A DNA stretch of 64,000 bases, from contig NIVC01000561.1 in the NCBI GenBank assembly GCA_002269645.1, positions 186,001 through 250,000 of the forward strand, read 5' to 3'. Below the pieces are notes generated by a model. The model ran no database searches, had not been told where the DNA came from, and worked only from the letters and a program-made list of their open reading frames with translations. Made by a program: the position numbers and the translations under genes. Origin of the DNA: Macrostomum lignano (taxonomy: Eukaryota). Positions 12,751 to 24,316 of this stretch are shown in pieces; positions within the stretch are counted from its first letter, which is position 1, and every line of letters starts with the position of its first letter.

Positions 12751-14382
12751 AATATATGTTTTAGAGTCAAACAGACATTGCCTGACATTCTGGGCAGTAC
12801 CCCAGCCAACAATATCAATGTTTGCCTCAAACCCTAATTTTACACGAATGTGCTCCATTTTATGTCTATCTCTATCCTACTAACTAACAAGTTTTTGTTT
12901 GTGTATGGCCTTAGATTTCAGAATAGGCCTACATGCAAAAGTAGTTCCGGGTATTGGAATTCCCTAGGTTCAAAATCCGCGGGTTTCAACAGCTTGTATA
13001 AATATATATTGCTTTACTTGCTAAACAAAGAGGCACAGATGGTTATTCTCTAGGCTAAGCTAGTATGTACTACCTACAAAAAGTCATTATCATTGGCCTA
13101 ATAAATATAAAAAGCTGAAAAAACAACTCAAAGATCAAAGAAAAACTCTATTCTATCTATAAGCAACTTGTAACAAAGCTAAAGCTAAAGGACTTAGCAT
13201 CAATTGATTTCTTTTATTTTGCTTTTAATTAAAATACAATAAATATAATATAAAGGAATTTGACATTATATAAAGTTAATATACTTATATTGTATATTGT
13301 AATAACCAGTTCATGTAATGCTTATTTATTTTTATCAATTAATTCTAGGCCTATCTACCTATGCTACATTTGGTTTAAAACTTATTTATAGGGCCTAGGC
13401 CCCTATTGCTACCAGAATTGTAGATTATTTGCTTTTGTCTTTTTTCTAGGTCTAGTTTATAACTCTATGTATAGGCCTAATGTATGTCTATGGCATGGAT
13501 CTGGCCCCAAGGTAGGCCTAAACCTGCAATTTTAAATAAATGTTTTTTTGCAAAATGACACCATGGGTATGGCAACCTGGCTTAAGTGCTATTATTCTAT
13601 TTTTAGTGGGTCATATATTTTAAAATATAAAAACTAGGCCTTGGCCTAACTTCACCCACCCAAAAGGCAACAGCCAACAAATAACTTTATCTATAATCTT
13701 CTGTTTTCGACAGTCGACAGTCGACGTCGACAGACGACACGACAGGCGCCACACACACACTGTGGTTGACTAACTCATGGCATCGCCTGTTACAATGTGG
13801 GTAGCACCTAATTACTCCGCCTTCAGCTTCTGACCGCCGCCATACTGGCCCTCGCCCCAGACAATCCCACAGTGCCCGGTCGTCACAGACTGAAGTTAAT
13901 TAAAAGTAGTAGTAGTAGGCCTAAAGTTAAGTTTAGTAGTTAAAAAACTAGTTAGAAAAAGATCTTTAAATTTCTGTAGGAAATCATATTGCTAAAACAA
14001 ATTAAAAAATCTAATAATTGGTTTGAAATCCTAAATGAGATTATTTTATCTGAAAAATAGCAGAAAGATTTCTTTCTAAATTTAACTTTTATTAAACATA
14101 AAATTATGGCTTAAAGTAAATTACAAAAAATGCTTAATTTAAAAAACATTTTCAGTCTCTGGACGGCCCCCGCGGGGTTGGGCCAGTGCGCCAGGCAGTG
14201 AGTGTCGTGTCACGGCTGCCCATGCCGACCAGCGCGCGAGCTGCTGCTGATGCAACTATGAGACAACTAGATTATCCTAATGTTACAATGACTGAAGGCA
14301 GTGATGGGTGTGGCATGGTGTGTTCGCGTGGTTTTTGCTTAATTTCATTCAGTTATATGGGTTTCATGAATTATGTCCTGTC

Positions 14383-14697
14383 TGTAACAGGAACGGAGGC
14401 AGGACACTAAATTTGACTTTGAGCCTTGACCGCCCAATCACAAGCTTGCACAGCTGCCTGCTTACTAGGCACACTCTAAAGCATGGCCAGTAACAGTTCG
14501 AGCTATGATTCAGCATTTATTGGACTCACCATCGAGCTAAGGCGATGAAATTCAGCTGATATAAAGTTACGAATATAAAGTATTGAACGAAACGAAAATA
14601 TACGTGTATTATTACATTGCTATGCGATTACTTTGCTTTACTTAACACACGCCTCGAGTTGGCACCAATTTAAATTACGAAATTAAGGTGTACTACA
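14383..14697 (-). repeat. 3' LTR (315 bp)
   Basis: Matches 18190-18504; preceded on the minus strand by PPT AGGGGGGTAG; contains AATAAA on the minus strand. Confidence 0.95.
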
Positions 14698-15366
14698 CTA
14701 CCCCCCTCGCGAAAAAAAAACAATGTCCCCATTGCGCTGAAAATTGACAGTTCGAACAAAATCTACTTTATGAAAATATTTCTTTGACACAATACAAGTT
14801 GCGTTCAATGCACGCTCACAAGACGGACACTAAAGGATCGAATCGCGTATGAGCAAAAGTTAAAAGCCAACTTCAAAAATAGCGGCAAAATTCTTCAACC
14901 ACAGCAATTTAGAACTTCACCAATGCAGTTTGAACCTAACGCGGAAGGAAAATGCTCGAGTCGAATTCAATAGAATATCGGATGATGATCAACGCACATA
15001 CCCTAACGGATGCTAAAAATCGAACAATTATGTCAATGCGGAATAAAAATGCAATATTCACTTCAACGCGAAAATTTACCAATTTTTTTGAATTTAGAAA
15101 ATATTGTTGAAATCGAAAATAAATATTTTGATAGCAAAATGCGATTTAATATATAAGGGAATATATAAAGCACCGGCCTGGAACTCGGAAACCACAACTG
15201 ATTAAAACTCGAAAAGACAGCGGATTTGAATCTTAAAAACGAATTAAACGCAAAAAATACTCAGCCAAGTGACACGCAAAGGCAGCTCTGCTGGAACAGC
15301 GCACAAATGCACAACTCAAGCACAAACTGCGCAGGTCGCAGAAATCGGCAAAAAAGATTGTCAGAC

Positions 15367-17400
15367 TCACACTAGGACCCAGCCATCGTCAAGAACTTCG
15401 CTGCTGCAGTCGCTGGTCGCCTCACTCCGCGCCGGGTCGGGAGCGCGGGGCTGGTGCGCACGTTTCAGCTTGTTTGCGTGGACCACCCGACCGGTGTCGC
15501 CGTCCTTGTAATCGATAGGACGAACCAGGTAGTTCACCGGCGACGTTCGCTGCAGCACCCGGAACGGGCCGGTCCAGGGCGCCTGGTGTTTCGGAGCCAG
15601 TCCAGTCGTCCTTGAAAGCGCCGACGGCGGAACGAAAACCCATACGAGGTCGCCGACCCGGAATCTGCACCGCTTGGCCTTCCGGTCGTAGTACCGCCGC
15701 TGGCGTCGTTGTGCCGTCGCCATCGATCGCCGCACGGAGTCGTAGGCGCGAAGCAGCTGGTCGCGGTTGTTGGCGGCGAACTGGCCGACTGTCATTGGCG
15801 GCTCCGGTGGCCGGTAGACGACGTCAACTGGAAGCGTCATTTCCCGGCCAGTCAGCAGGCAGTGAGGAGTAAACCCGGTTGTAGCATTGACGCTGCTGCG
15901 GTAGGCCAGGAGACAATGCGGCAGCACTTCTTCCCAGTCCTCCGGCTGAACTGACTGCAGGTGGCAGCGGAGCATCTGGTGCAGAGTGCGGTGGAACCTT
16001 TCTACTAGGCCGTCGCACTGCGGATGGTAGCCGGATGTCCGCGTCTTCTGAATCTCCAGCAGCCGGCACAGGCTCCTGATGACCTTTCCGTCCACGGCCT
16101 TGCCACGGTCGGAGTGCAGAATGTGCGGGGCTCCGAAACGCGTCACCCAGTTGTCGAACAGTGCCTTGGCGATGGTGGCCGCTTTCTCGTCGGGGAGTGG
16201 CACCAGCTCGACCCACTTGGTGAAGTAGTCGACAATGGTGAGCAGCCGATCGTTTCCCCGCCGTGACAGTCCAACTTTGACCACGTCGATGCCCACGCGC
16301 TGCATAGGAAATCCACTGGCCATAGTCTGCAGTGGAGCTCGGCGCTGACTCGGTGTCTTAGCGCGCTGGCACACTTGGCAGGACCTGACCGCTAGGCGAA
16401 CGCTCTCCGCCATTTTCGGCCAGTAGCAACGCTGCTTGAGGGCTGCCAAGGTCTTGTCCTCGCCCAGATGCCCAAGCTCATGGACCTCCTCGATGAACTC
16501 CTCCTGTCTGCAGCGCGGAATCACAGGCACAGGCTTGGACTTCACCAGCTTGTTCAGGGCGCCGTCGACGAAACACAGGTCGCCGATCTTCTGTGCCAGA
16601 ATTAGGCTCTCAGGCGACAGTCGGTCACGTCTGCTGGCGCTGAACCTTGTCTTGCCGTTGGACAGCAGGCGAAACACCGGGCCGATGTCTGGATCACGGA
16701 GCTGCAGTTCACGCAGTGACTGAGACGCATCTGACAGCGCCTCGCCTTCCTGAATGGCCTCGTCGCTGATTTCGTCTTCGCTGGAGTCCTCGCTCTCGCT
16801 TGGCCGCGGTTGAAGCTGCTGCTTCCGCCTTGAGGTGCCCTGACGTTCCGGCTCGGCGTTGGTCTGGGCAGCCGCAGAGGTAGCCGGCGCTGATGTCGCT
16901 GCGTTGGTTTGCACGGAGTTGACTCTGACTGTGTCGACCCGGCCAGCAGGCTCCGCGATTGGCACTGGCGCCTCGACCGTCGGCTCCGTCTGGCAGGCGG
17001 CTGTTGAAGTCTCGGCTGGCGCCACCGCTGTCGTCCCTGGCCGACAGACTCGACACTGGCTGGTGCACTTTTGCTCTCGCCGAGAGAGGGCGTCTGCGTT
17101 GCCGTGTTGGCGGCCTCGGCGAAAGACGACCTTGAAGTTGAACTCATCGAGCAGCTGCAGCCATCTGGCCAGCTGGCCTTCGGGCTCTTTGAATGCCAGC
17201 AGATAGGTGAGCGCCTGGTGATCCACTCGAACGGTGAAGGCGCGCGGCAGCAGGTAGCTCCGGAACTTCTTAACAAACTCGACAACAGCCAGGAGCTCGC
17301 GCCGCGTCACGCAGTAGTTGCGCTCAGCTCTTGACAGGGCGCGGCTGGCGTAGGCGATAACCCGCTCTTCGCTCGCCTGCACTTGCGACAGCACCGCCAT
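15367..17400 (-). CDS. pol remnant: RNase H C-terminal half + HHCC zinc finger + rve integrase + GPF motif, open to the stop codon
   Basis: AVLSQ...ERVIAYASRAL..AERNYCVTRRELLAVV...DHQAL (RNase H); HELGHLG...CQVC; GIDVV...HSDRGK...DGLVERFHRTL (DDE); WTGPFRV. Confidence 0.9.
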   Translation of the reverse strand: MAVLSQVQASEERVIAYASRALSRAERNYCVTRRELLAVVEFVKKFRSYLLPRAFTVRVDHQALTYLLAFKEPEGQLARWLQLLDEFNFKVVFRRGRQHGNADALSRREQKCTSQCRVCRPGTTAVAPAETSTAACQTEPTVEAPVPIAEPAGRVDTVRVNSVQTNAATSAPATSAAAQTNAEPERQGTSRRKQQLQPRPSESEDSSEDEISDEAIQEGEALSDASQSLRELQLRDPDIGPVFRLLSNGKTRFSASRRDRLSPESLILAQKIGDLCFVDGALNKLVKSKPVPVIPRCRQEEFIEEVHELGHLGEDKTLAALKQRCYWPKMAESVRLAVRSCQVCQRAKTPSQRRAPLQTMASGFPMQRVGIDVVKVGLSRRGNDRLLTIVDYFTKWVELVPLPDEKAATIAKALFDNWVTRFGAPHILHSDRGKAVDGKVIRSLCRLLEIQKTRTSGYHPQCDGLVERFHRTLHQMLRCHLQSVQPEDWEEVLPHCLLAYRSSVNATTGFTPHCLLTGREMTLPVDVVYRPPEPPMTVGQFAANNRDQLLRAYDSVRRSMATAQRRQRRYYDRKAKRCRFRVGDLVWVFVPPSALSRTTGLAPKHQAPWTGPFRVLQRTSPVNYLVRPIDYKDGDTGRVVHANKLKRAHQPRAPDPARSEATSDCSSEVLDDGWVLV

Positions 17401-18118
17401 GACGAGCGCGAAGGTGCTGCAGGAGATCTTCATAGCGGGCACCTGGCAGGAACTGCAGTGAAGTCCCAACGGGCTGTCCATGCTGCGCGCACAGTTGGTA
17501 GAGCCAGACCTCGTAGGTAGCGAATGCTGGTCCCAGGTAACTGCTGAGCGTGTTGATCTTGCTGTAGTCACTCAGTCCTTGGTGCCGGCTTAAATACGAA
17601 GACACTCGACCCAGAAAGTCATCGAACGGTTCGGATCCGTTGAAGGGCGCCGGCTTCGGCACCGACGGAAGCTGGATTGCTTGTTGATATACCGGTGCGC
17701 ACAGGTTGCGGTCGCCAGCGCCAGGGTGAGATCCGCCTTGGAGCAACGGAGCCCATGGTTCGGCCATACGGTGCACAGAGGGTCTTGGTGGATGTGTCAC
17801 TGCAGCTGCCGCAGCTGCCGCGGAAGGCCTGGTGTCCAGCAGGAATGAGTCTCCCGTCGCCATGTAGTTCGTTGACGGTTGGCCGGGCCCGGGGGGCACT
17901 GGCACTTGAGACTGACAGCAGCGTGCTTCATCGACAGAGATTTGCACAGGATCGAGGTCACGAAGCTCTTGATAGCGCCGCCAGTTCGCCTCCCGTTCGG
18001 ATTCTGGCTCACTGGTTGACGAAGAGGTGTAAGCCGTAGCCGCAGCGGTCGGACGTAAAATATCGCGATTTCTCAGTCTTAGCCGTTGAGGCTCTTCTGC
18101 CTCACGTTCTGACCACAT
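17401..18118 (-). pseudogene. gag N-terminal/capsid fragment, truncated and joined out of frame to RNase H
   Basis: ATG at 18118; KPAPFNGSEPFDDFLGRV...KINTLSSYLG is a typical Ty3 gag N-terminus. The junction near 17396-17400 is in a different frame from pol. Confidence 0.7.
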
Positions 18119-18170
18119 GATGATCGATGACAGGTGCAACCTTCGGTCTTTTATGCTATGAAGAAATTCG

Positions 18171-18187
18171 TCCTGGCGTGGTCGCCA
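18171..18187 (-). promoter_or_regulatory. primer-binding site TGGCGACCACGCCAGGA (tRNA-Arg-like by inference)
   Basis: Begins with TGG 2 nt from the 5' LTR. Its complement UCCUGGCGUGGUCG-CCA would pair with a GACCACG acceptor stem, as in Arg(TCG)-type tRNAs. The tRNA identity is not verified. Confidence 0.7.
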
Positions 18188-18189
18188 AA

Positions 18190-18504
18190 TGTAACAGGAA
18201 CGGAGGCAGGACACTAAATTTGACTTTGAGCCTTGACCGCCCAATCACAAGCTTGCACAGCTGCCTGCTTACTAGGCACACTCTAAAGCATGGCCAGTAA
18301 CAGTTCGAGCTATGATTCAGCATTTATTGGACTCACCATCGAGCTAAGGCGATGAAATTCAGCTGATATAAAGTTACGAATATAAAGTATTGAACGAAAC
18401 GAAAATATACGTGTATTATTACATTGCTATGCGATTACTTTGCTTTACTTAACACACGCCTCGAGTTGGCACCAATTTAAATTACGAAATTAAGGTGTAC
18501 TACA
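18190..18504 (-). repeat. 5' LTR (315 bp)
   Basis: Matches 14383-14697; followed by the PBS. Confidence 0.95.
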
Positions 18505-20924
18505 TGTCTCCTGTCGAGTGTTAACTGTTGACCACAGGCGTAGAGCAGAAAATATAGTCAAATTTGCACAAATTCTGACTTATTTATTGACAATGATGCT
18601 TAATACTGTCAACTGATGGCCTTATGCCCCTATTCAATTTAACAACAACTTAGGGCCTAGGCTAGGGACCTATCTTTTAGCATCACATGATCACAGATTA
18701 GGGCCTAGTCTAATTTTTACATGATAAAAGTAGGCCCACACAACAACAATTACCATATAGGCGTACACCTATGCATAATCTATATTATATAATGTATGGA
18801 ATTTAGTTTAGCCATAGGCATAATAAATAATAAAATAAATGGATGTTGAAAAGTCCATTGAATCTCAATTTTGACTTAATCAAATCAAATGTTATTTTTT
18901 TGTAGCACTTTGCTTTGGCTTAAGGTGAAAATATGTGTAGACTCTAAAGTCAATATAATATTTGATTAACTAACACTATAGGCCTTATCAATAATTATCA
19001 ATAATAAATAAATACTATATATATGGTCAAATTAGGGTTTAATTCAATTTTAGGTTTTTTTATTATAAATATATTATAATAGGGCTTAGTGTTTGCTTTT
19101 TTGCCAGAGACGGGTGCAAAAGTGCATCTTACACTCTCTTTGATGATTCAATTTTTAGGCTCAAAGGACAAAGCGCAATTTCTTTTTTTCTTATTTTAAG
19201 ACAATATGAATATAATGTGGCTTCAATGGAAAAATAGGTTATAAGACTATACCTAAATTGCATCTACTTTTCAATTTCAGAGTGTGATTTTAAAATTTAG
19301 GATGCATATAAACACTTTGCACACAAAAAATAAACTTAGATATATTGTTTATTTAATAGAAAATTAGAGAATTTTTCAATATAGTCTTATAGAACTATAG
19401 GAGTATAAGCCTAAGCCTCTACTTTTTTAATGAAAACAAATAGAAAAAATAAATGCTAGCCTATCTAAATATAGAAATCATAAAATAAGCTTATTTTTTT
19501 CTCTGTTGCAAATAAATTTTATCAAAGTATATAGAATGGTCCATATAATATCCTTGATTTAAAATGTTAATAACTTTTGTCATTTGCAGCCAATATTGAT
19601 AAAATTTAACACAATATGAGTATTTGCATATATAAATTTTGTAAATATAATGCTATATTCATAGGAACATTATGTAAAAATTTTGTTAACATTGGTTGCA
19701 AAAAACAAAAGTTATTAACATTTTACTTCAAATCAGGTACATTATATGGGCTACCCTTTATAGATATTGTTAAGGCTAGGTAAATAGTAGGGCTTATACT
19801 ATAGCCCAAAGAAATATAGCCTAAGTAAGTATAAAAGAATAAAGGATAAAAGAAAATACACAGCATTGCTTATCTTATAGGCCTTAGTATTTTTAGCTCA
19901 TGTTCTACCTCATGGCTATCTAGGCCTAGCTAAATATTTAAATTGGGTTTATATAGTCGAATATATAAAGCTTCAATAATTTTAAACTTATTGTCAAATT
20001 TGTATCATTTACATTTTTGAAAAGCCAGAAAAGATAAATTAGTTTATTAATAAAGCACTTTTTAGAAACTAGGGCCTAGCAAGAATATATAATAATTTGT
20101 TAGGTCTAATTATAGTTTTTTAGTTATTGTTCTTTAGCTTTATATAATATAGGAATTGATTTGTTTTTCCAATATATGAAAGGCAACAAAATAGTAAATA
20201 ATAATAACCTTTAAGAATAAGTAAAACAGTTGACTTGAGTCTTATTATTGCCAGTAGTGTCTATTATAATTTTAAAGTTGCCTTTAAACAATTTATTAGC
20301 ATTTTCAAAGTTTTTTTCTATAGTTACATAATATATTACAAAAAAAGAAAAACCATTGGAGCTTCCTAGGAATCTATCTTGAATTGCTTAGATCCCAAAC
20401 TGTTTTCTTAGCCACATTATCAATATGTTTGTCACTAAGAAAGTTTCTAACAATTTGGGATTAAACCAGTTTGAGGGATTTTTTTATTAGAAGTAGGGAG
20501 TTGTGTGCACCTTGGCGCACTTTAAGTGACATAGGCACACAACTGGCAAGAGGCATTATTGCGCATTCCGCTGACTCCCCTGAGCAGGCATACAAGCACG
20601 CAGATACGTATGCAGGCATACACTCACACAGTAGTATATAGTGGCCCTAACTTTATTTTTTTGTTAGGCATGTACACTTCACTGTGCCTTGGGGGTTGGC
20701 TCTCAAGGCCGTTAATTGCACGAGCAGAGCCAAGCCGAGACTCAAATTCAGCCCCAAATTAATGTGACTGCACTTGAAATCAAGCCTGGTTTACTGGCAC
20801 ACCAGAGCCTGCACTAGACTGCTGGGCTACAGCCCCCTTAAGGGATGCTTTGATAGTCTATTTTAGTGACATTTTACTTGACCTTAGGAAAAAAAAACTA
20901 AAAAATTGTTTAGTAAATGGCTTA

Positions 20925-20975
20925 ATCTCTCTCTCTCTCTCTATTTCTCTCTCTTTCTCTCTATCTCTCTCTCTT

Positions 20976-21067
<92 letters not shown>

Positions 21068-21165
21068 TCTATCTCTCTCTCTCTCTTTCTCTCTCTCTTT
21101 TTCTCTCTCTCTTTCTCTCTCTCTCTCTTTCTCTATCTCCCTCTCTCTTTCTCTCTCTCTCTCTT

Positions 21166-21259
<94 letters not shown>

Positions 21260-21344
21260 ATCTCTTTCTCTTTCTCTCTCTTTCTCTCTCTCTTTTTCTC
21301 TCTCTCTCTATCTCCCTCTCTCTTTCTCTATCTCCCTCTCTCTT

Positions 21345-21422
<78 letters not shown>

Positions 21423-21472
21423 TCTCTATCTCTCTCTCTCTCTCTCTTTCTTCTCTCTTTCTCTCTCTTTCT
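20925..21472. repeat. (CT)n microsatellite, left flank of the Penelope-like element
   Basis: Directly visible. Confidence 0.98.
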
Positions 21473-21555
21473 CTACGTCTACTGGTGTCCCAGAGACTGT
21501 CACCGCCCGGACAAGTGAAGATGCCGCTGACTCCGGAACCCCGGTGGCTTTTCAT

Positions 21556-21596
21556 TTGCCCTGACGAAGAATTTACCTAATTCGAAATATCGGCAA
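21556..21596 (+). ncRNA. minimal type I hammerhead ribozyme (copy 1)
   Basis: Stem I UUGCC/GGCAA; core CUGACGA plus an extra A; stem II GAAUU-uaccu-AAUUC; GAA; palindromic stem III AUAU; cleavage triplet AUC (cut after 21591). Confidence 0.85.
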
Positions 21597-21761
21597 CTTA
21601 AATCATCTTGACTTGTTTGTCCTTTTTACATGTACCGCGTCCGTGCCTGAGATTGGAGGCGCCCTCCTCTCTCTCTCTCTCTCCCTTTCTCTACGTCTAC
21701 TGGTGTCCCAGAGACTGTCACCGCCCGGACAAGTGAAGATGCCGCTGACTCCGGAACCCCG

Positions 21762-22390
21762 GTGGCCACCAGGAAGAGACCCCCATCTGGTTCTCCTGAT
21801 CCCGGTAGCCTCATGCAGCCGTCGAAGACTGCCAGAAGCTTACGGGAGAACAAAGTCATCTACCACCACGGAGCCAAGAAGCACTGGAAGCTGAGGTCAA
21901 AGCAGAAGCCCACCCTGGTGATCGCTGACCAGAACGTGGAATTCGTGAAGCTGGCCTCGCCAGACCTGGAGGTGCACTGCTTCCCAGGCCTCACGCTGGA
22001 CTACCTGAAGAACATCAGCAAGGTGGAGAATGCGAGTCCCGACACGGCCGCGTCATCGTCTGGGCCGGCAACAACGACCTCCACCGTGACAGCTTCGACT
22101 TCTCCATCGCCAAGCTCTGGAAGATGAGCCTGACCAACATCAGGAAGGCTTTCCCCGGTGCGTTAATCTGGGTGGTGCAGACCGTGTGCCCCCCCGATGC
22201 GCCGGCGCTCCAGAAGAGTAACTGTCGCAAGACGAACCAGCTCCTGAGCAGCTACCGGTCTGTCAGCCTGATCTCGCTGGACACCAAGGACCTGGCATTC
22301 CGACGGGACCAGATCAGCCTGGAGCGACAGTCTGCTGATGGGGCGTTCGCCGTCGCCCTGGAGACGGTGGGCGACCTTCCAAAAAACTGA
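21762..22390 (+). pseudogene. PLE ORF1, SGNH/GDSL-hydrolase-like, with one frameshift near 22050
   Basis: TLVIADQNV...EVHCFPGLT (block I/II-like); after a -1 shift, VIVWAGNND (block III GxND) ... RRDQISL (degenerate block V); stop at 22388-22390. Confidence 0.6.
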
Positions 22391-23880
22391 GCGGGCCGGG
22401 GGCGAGCCATGGGACCCCCAACTGAGGGTGACGAACCTCTCCAGCCGCGCTCTCGCACCGACTGAACTGCAACTGCTGGAGCGCGGCCAGTCCTTAGTAG
22501 TGGCTCCTCGGTGCACCTCGGCGGAGTCTCTGGCGTCCGGCGTCCGCGACTTTAGCGAGCGTCTGGCCGTGTCGGCGGCTCGCGGCTTCAAGCGCGAACT
22601 GACAGTGGACGACCGCCCGCCGCTTCCCCGCCGCCCAACGGCCAGCATCGATCCGAGCCGCCTCCGGCCCGAAATTCAAGCCGCTCTGGCGGAGCTGGAC
22701 GACGTCAGGGAGAACATCCGGGACTGCAGGAACGCTCCTAACATCAGCCAGGCGGAGGCAAAGGCACTGCGAGATCTGCGGGCAGACAAGTCCATCGTCA
22801 TCAAGCCGGCCGACAAGGGCAGCCAGCTGGTCATCCTGGACCGGCAGGACTATGTCCGTGAATGCCTGCGTCAGCTGGAAGACCCGCTGTTTTACCGACC
22901 TCTGAGCGCACCGATCAGCCGCTTCACAGCCCAGATGATCCGCGGCGTCTTCAGATCGCTGCTGGACCGAAGGATCATCGATCGGCGCCAGTTCAACGCC
23001 TTCTGCCCGAAGGAGGGGTTCCGCACGCGGTGCTTCTACATCCTGCCGAAGATCCACAAGCCCGTCGAGTCGTGGCCGCTCGGCGACATTCCTCCGGGCC
23101 GGCCCAGCTCCTCAGGTACGCCCGGCGGTGCTCCCGGATGGCCGACTTCGACGCAGCGTGCACCGGGCTGATGTCGAATCTGGTGCAGCACCAAGGCTAC
23201 AGCCGGCGCTTCCTCCGCACCATCAAGTACGACGTGCTGACGGAGCTGGGCTTCTACCCGACCAGACGGTGGGAGTTCGGCTTCCTGCCGTGCAACTCGG
23301 CCCGACTCTGCAAGTGCTGCCAGGCGCACGCCAAGTTCACCTCCGTCTGCCCCGGATCAGCAGCCACGACAGTCCAGCTCATCATCAGTCAGCGGATCGA
23401 CTGCAACGCCACGAACGCCGTCTATGCCGTGTTCTGCCGCCGGTGCGACCACACGGTCTACGTCGGCGAGACCGCCAACAGCATCCGTGGTCGCATGCTG
23501 GCGCACATCGGTGACATCCGGCACACCCGTGACACTCCGGTAGCGCGCCACTTCACCAGCGGTGGCCACAGTCTGACGGACTTCGCCTTCACCGGCATCT
23601 GGACACGCGATGGCACAGGTCCCAGAGCTGACGAGCGGCGTCAGCGCCAGGAGGCCAAGTTTATCGAGGTCCTGAGGACTCATGTTCCACACGGCGCCAA
23701 CGAACTTGCCGGCATACTGCACAAACCGGCCATCCCGCTGATCCTGCCCCACTGTGCGACCTCCGACGCCCTGGCTGCCAAAGTGAAGGACAGGGTGATA
23801 CGCCACTGCGAGACCCGGTGCTGCCCGCCTACACCAAGGGGAGAAGCCTCCGGACTCTGCTCTCTCATAGTCGGCTCGAT
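22338..23880 (+). pseudogene. PLE RT-GIY-YIG ORF with the RT catalytic core deleted near 23103
   Basis: PPGRP is followed directly (out of frame) by the thumb QLLRYARRC; no motif A or YxDD is present. The end coordinate is approximate. Confidence 0.85.
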
Positions 23881-24316
23881 CCTGCCAACTAGGCCCCTTT
23901 TGACGCCTGTACAAAGGCTCTTTTACTGCTATTTTTCCCTCTGTGATTTTTTCATTGACTTTATTTTGATTTATTCAGATTATTTATTCTCTGCTTTTTA
24001 TTCATTTTTCTGACACTGTGTACGGTGCACCTGCATTTTTTGCTCTGAGCATTTAATAATAATTTTTATTTACCTTGTCTATTTATTTTGCCATTTATTT
24101 TTACAATTTTTATTCTACACTCAAAGGTCGTCTAGGCCCACTTGTACAGTTTTAGCCACCCCCCGCTTTTCTCATAGTCTCGGACTCGTTTTTATGTACT
24201 GACCATGCGTACTGTTTTAAGTGCTTGAGCACATCAATTTATCGATCGTCTCTCCCTGGCGATATCGCCTTTATATATTAATGGCAATTCGCGCCAAATA
24301 AACTTCACTCGCTTAC

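Larger units (their letters stand above)
14383..18504 (-). mobile_element. Ty3/Gypsy LTR retrotransposon, 4122 bp, internally deleted (no protease or RT)
   Basis: Two 315-bp LTRs (14383-14697 and 18190-18504; TG...CA) that look identical by eye; 4-bp TSD tgtc (14379-14382 / 18505-18508); PBS next to the 5' LTR; PPT next to the 3' LTR; gag-like, RNase H and integrase coding remnants. Confidence 0.95.

Noticed and set aside
20500-20838. Second possible tRNA-derived SINE (minus strand)
   Set aside because: An A-box-like start is visible, but the B box is too degenerate to call.
21629-21711. Possible PLE 5' intron using (CT)n as the polypyrimidine tract (ATG TAC CGC GTC C|gtgcct ... cccag|)
   Set aside because: It would give ORF1 an in-frame ATG, but the donor is weak and the ATG is not conserved in the second terminal copy; unsupported without transcripts.
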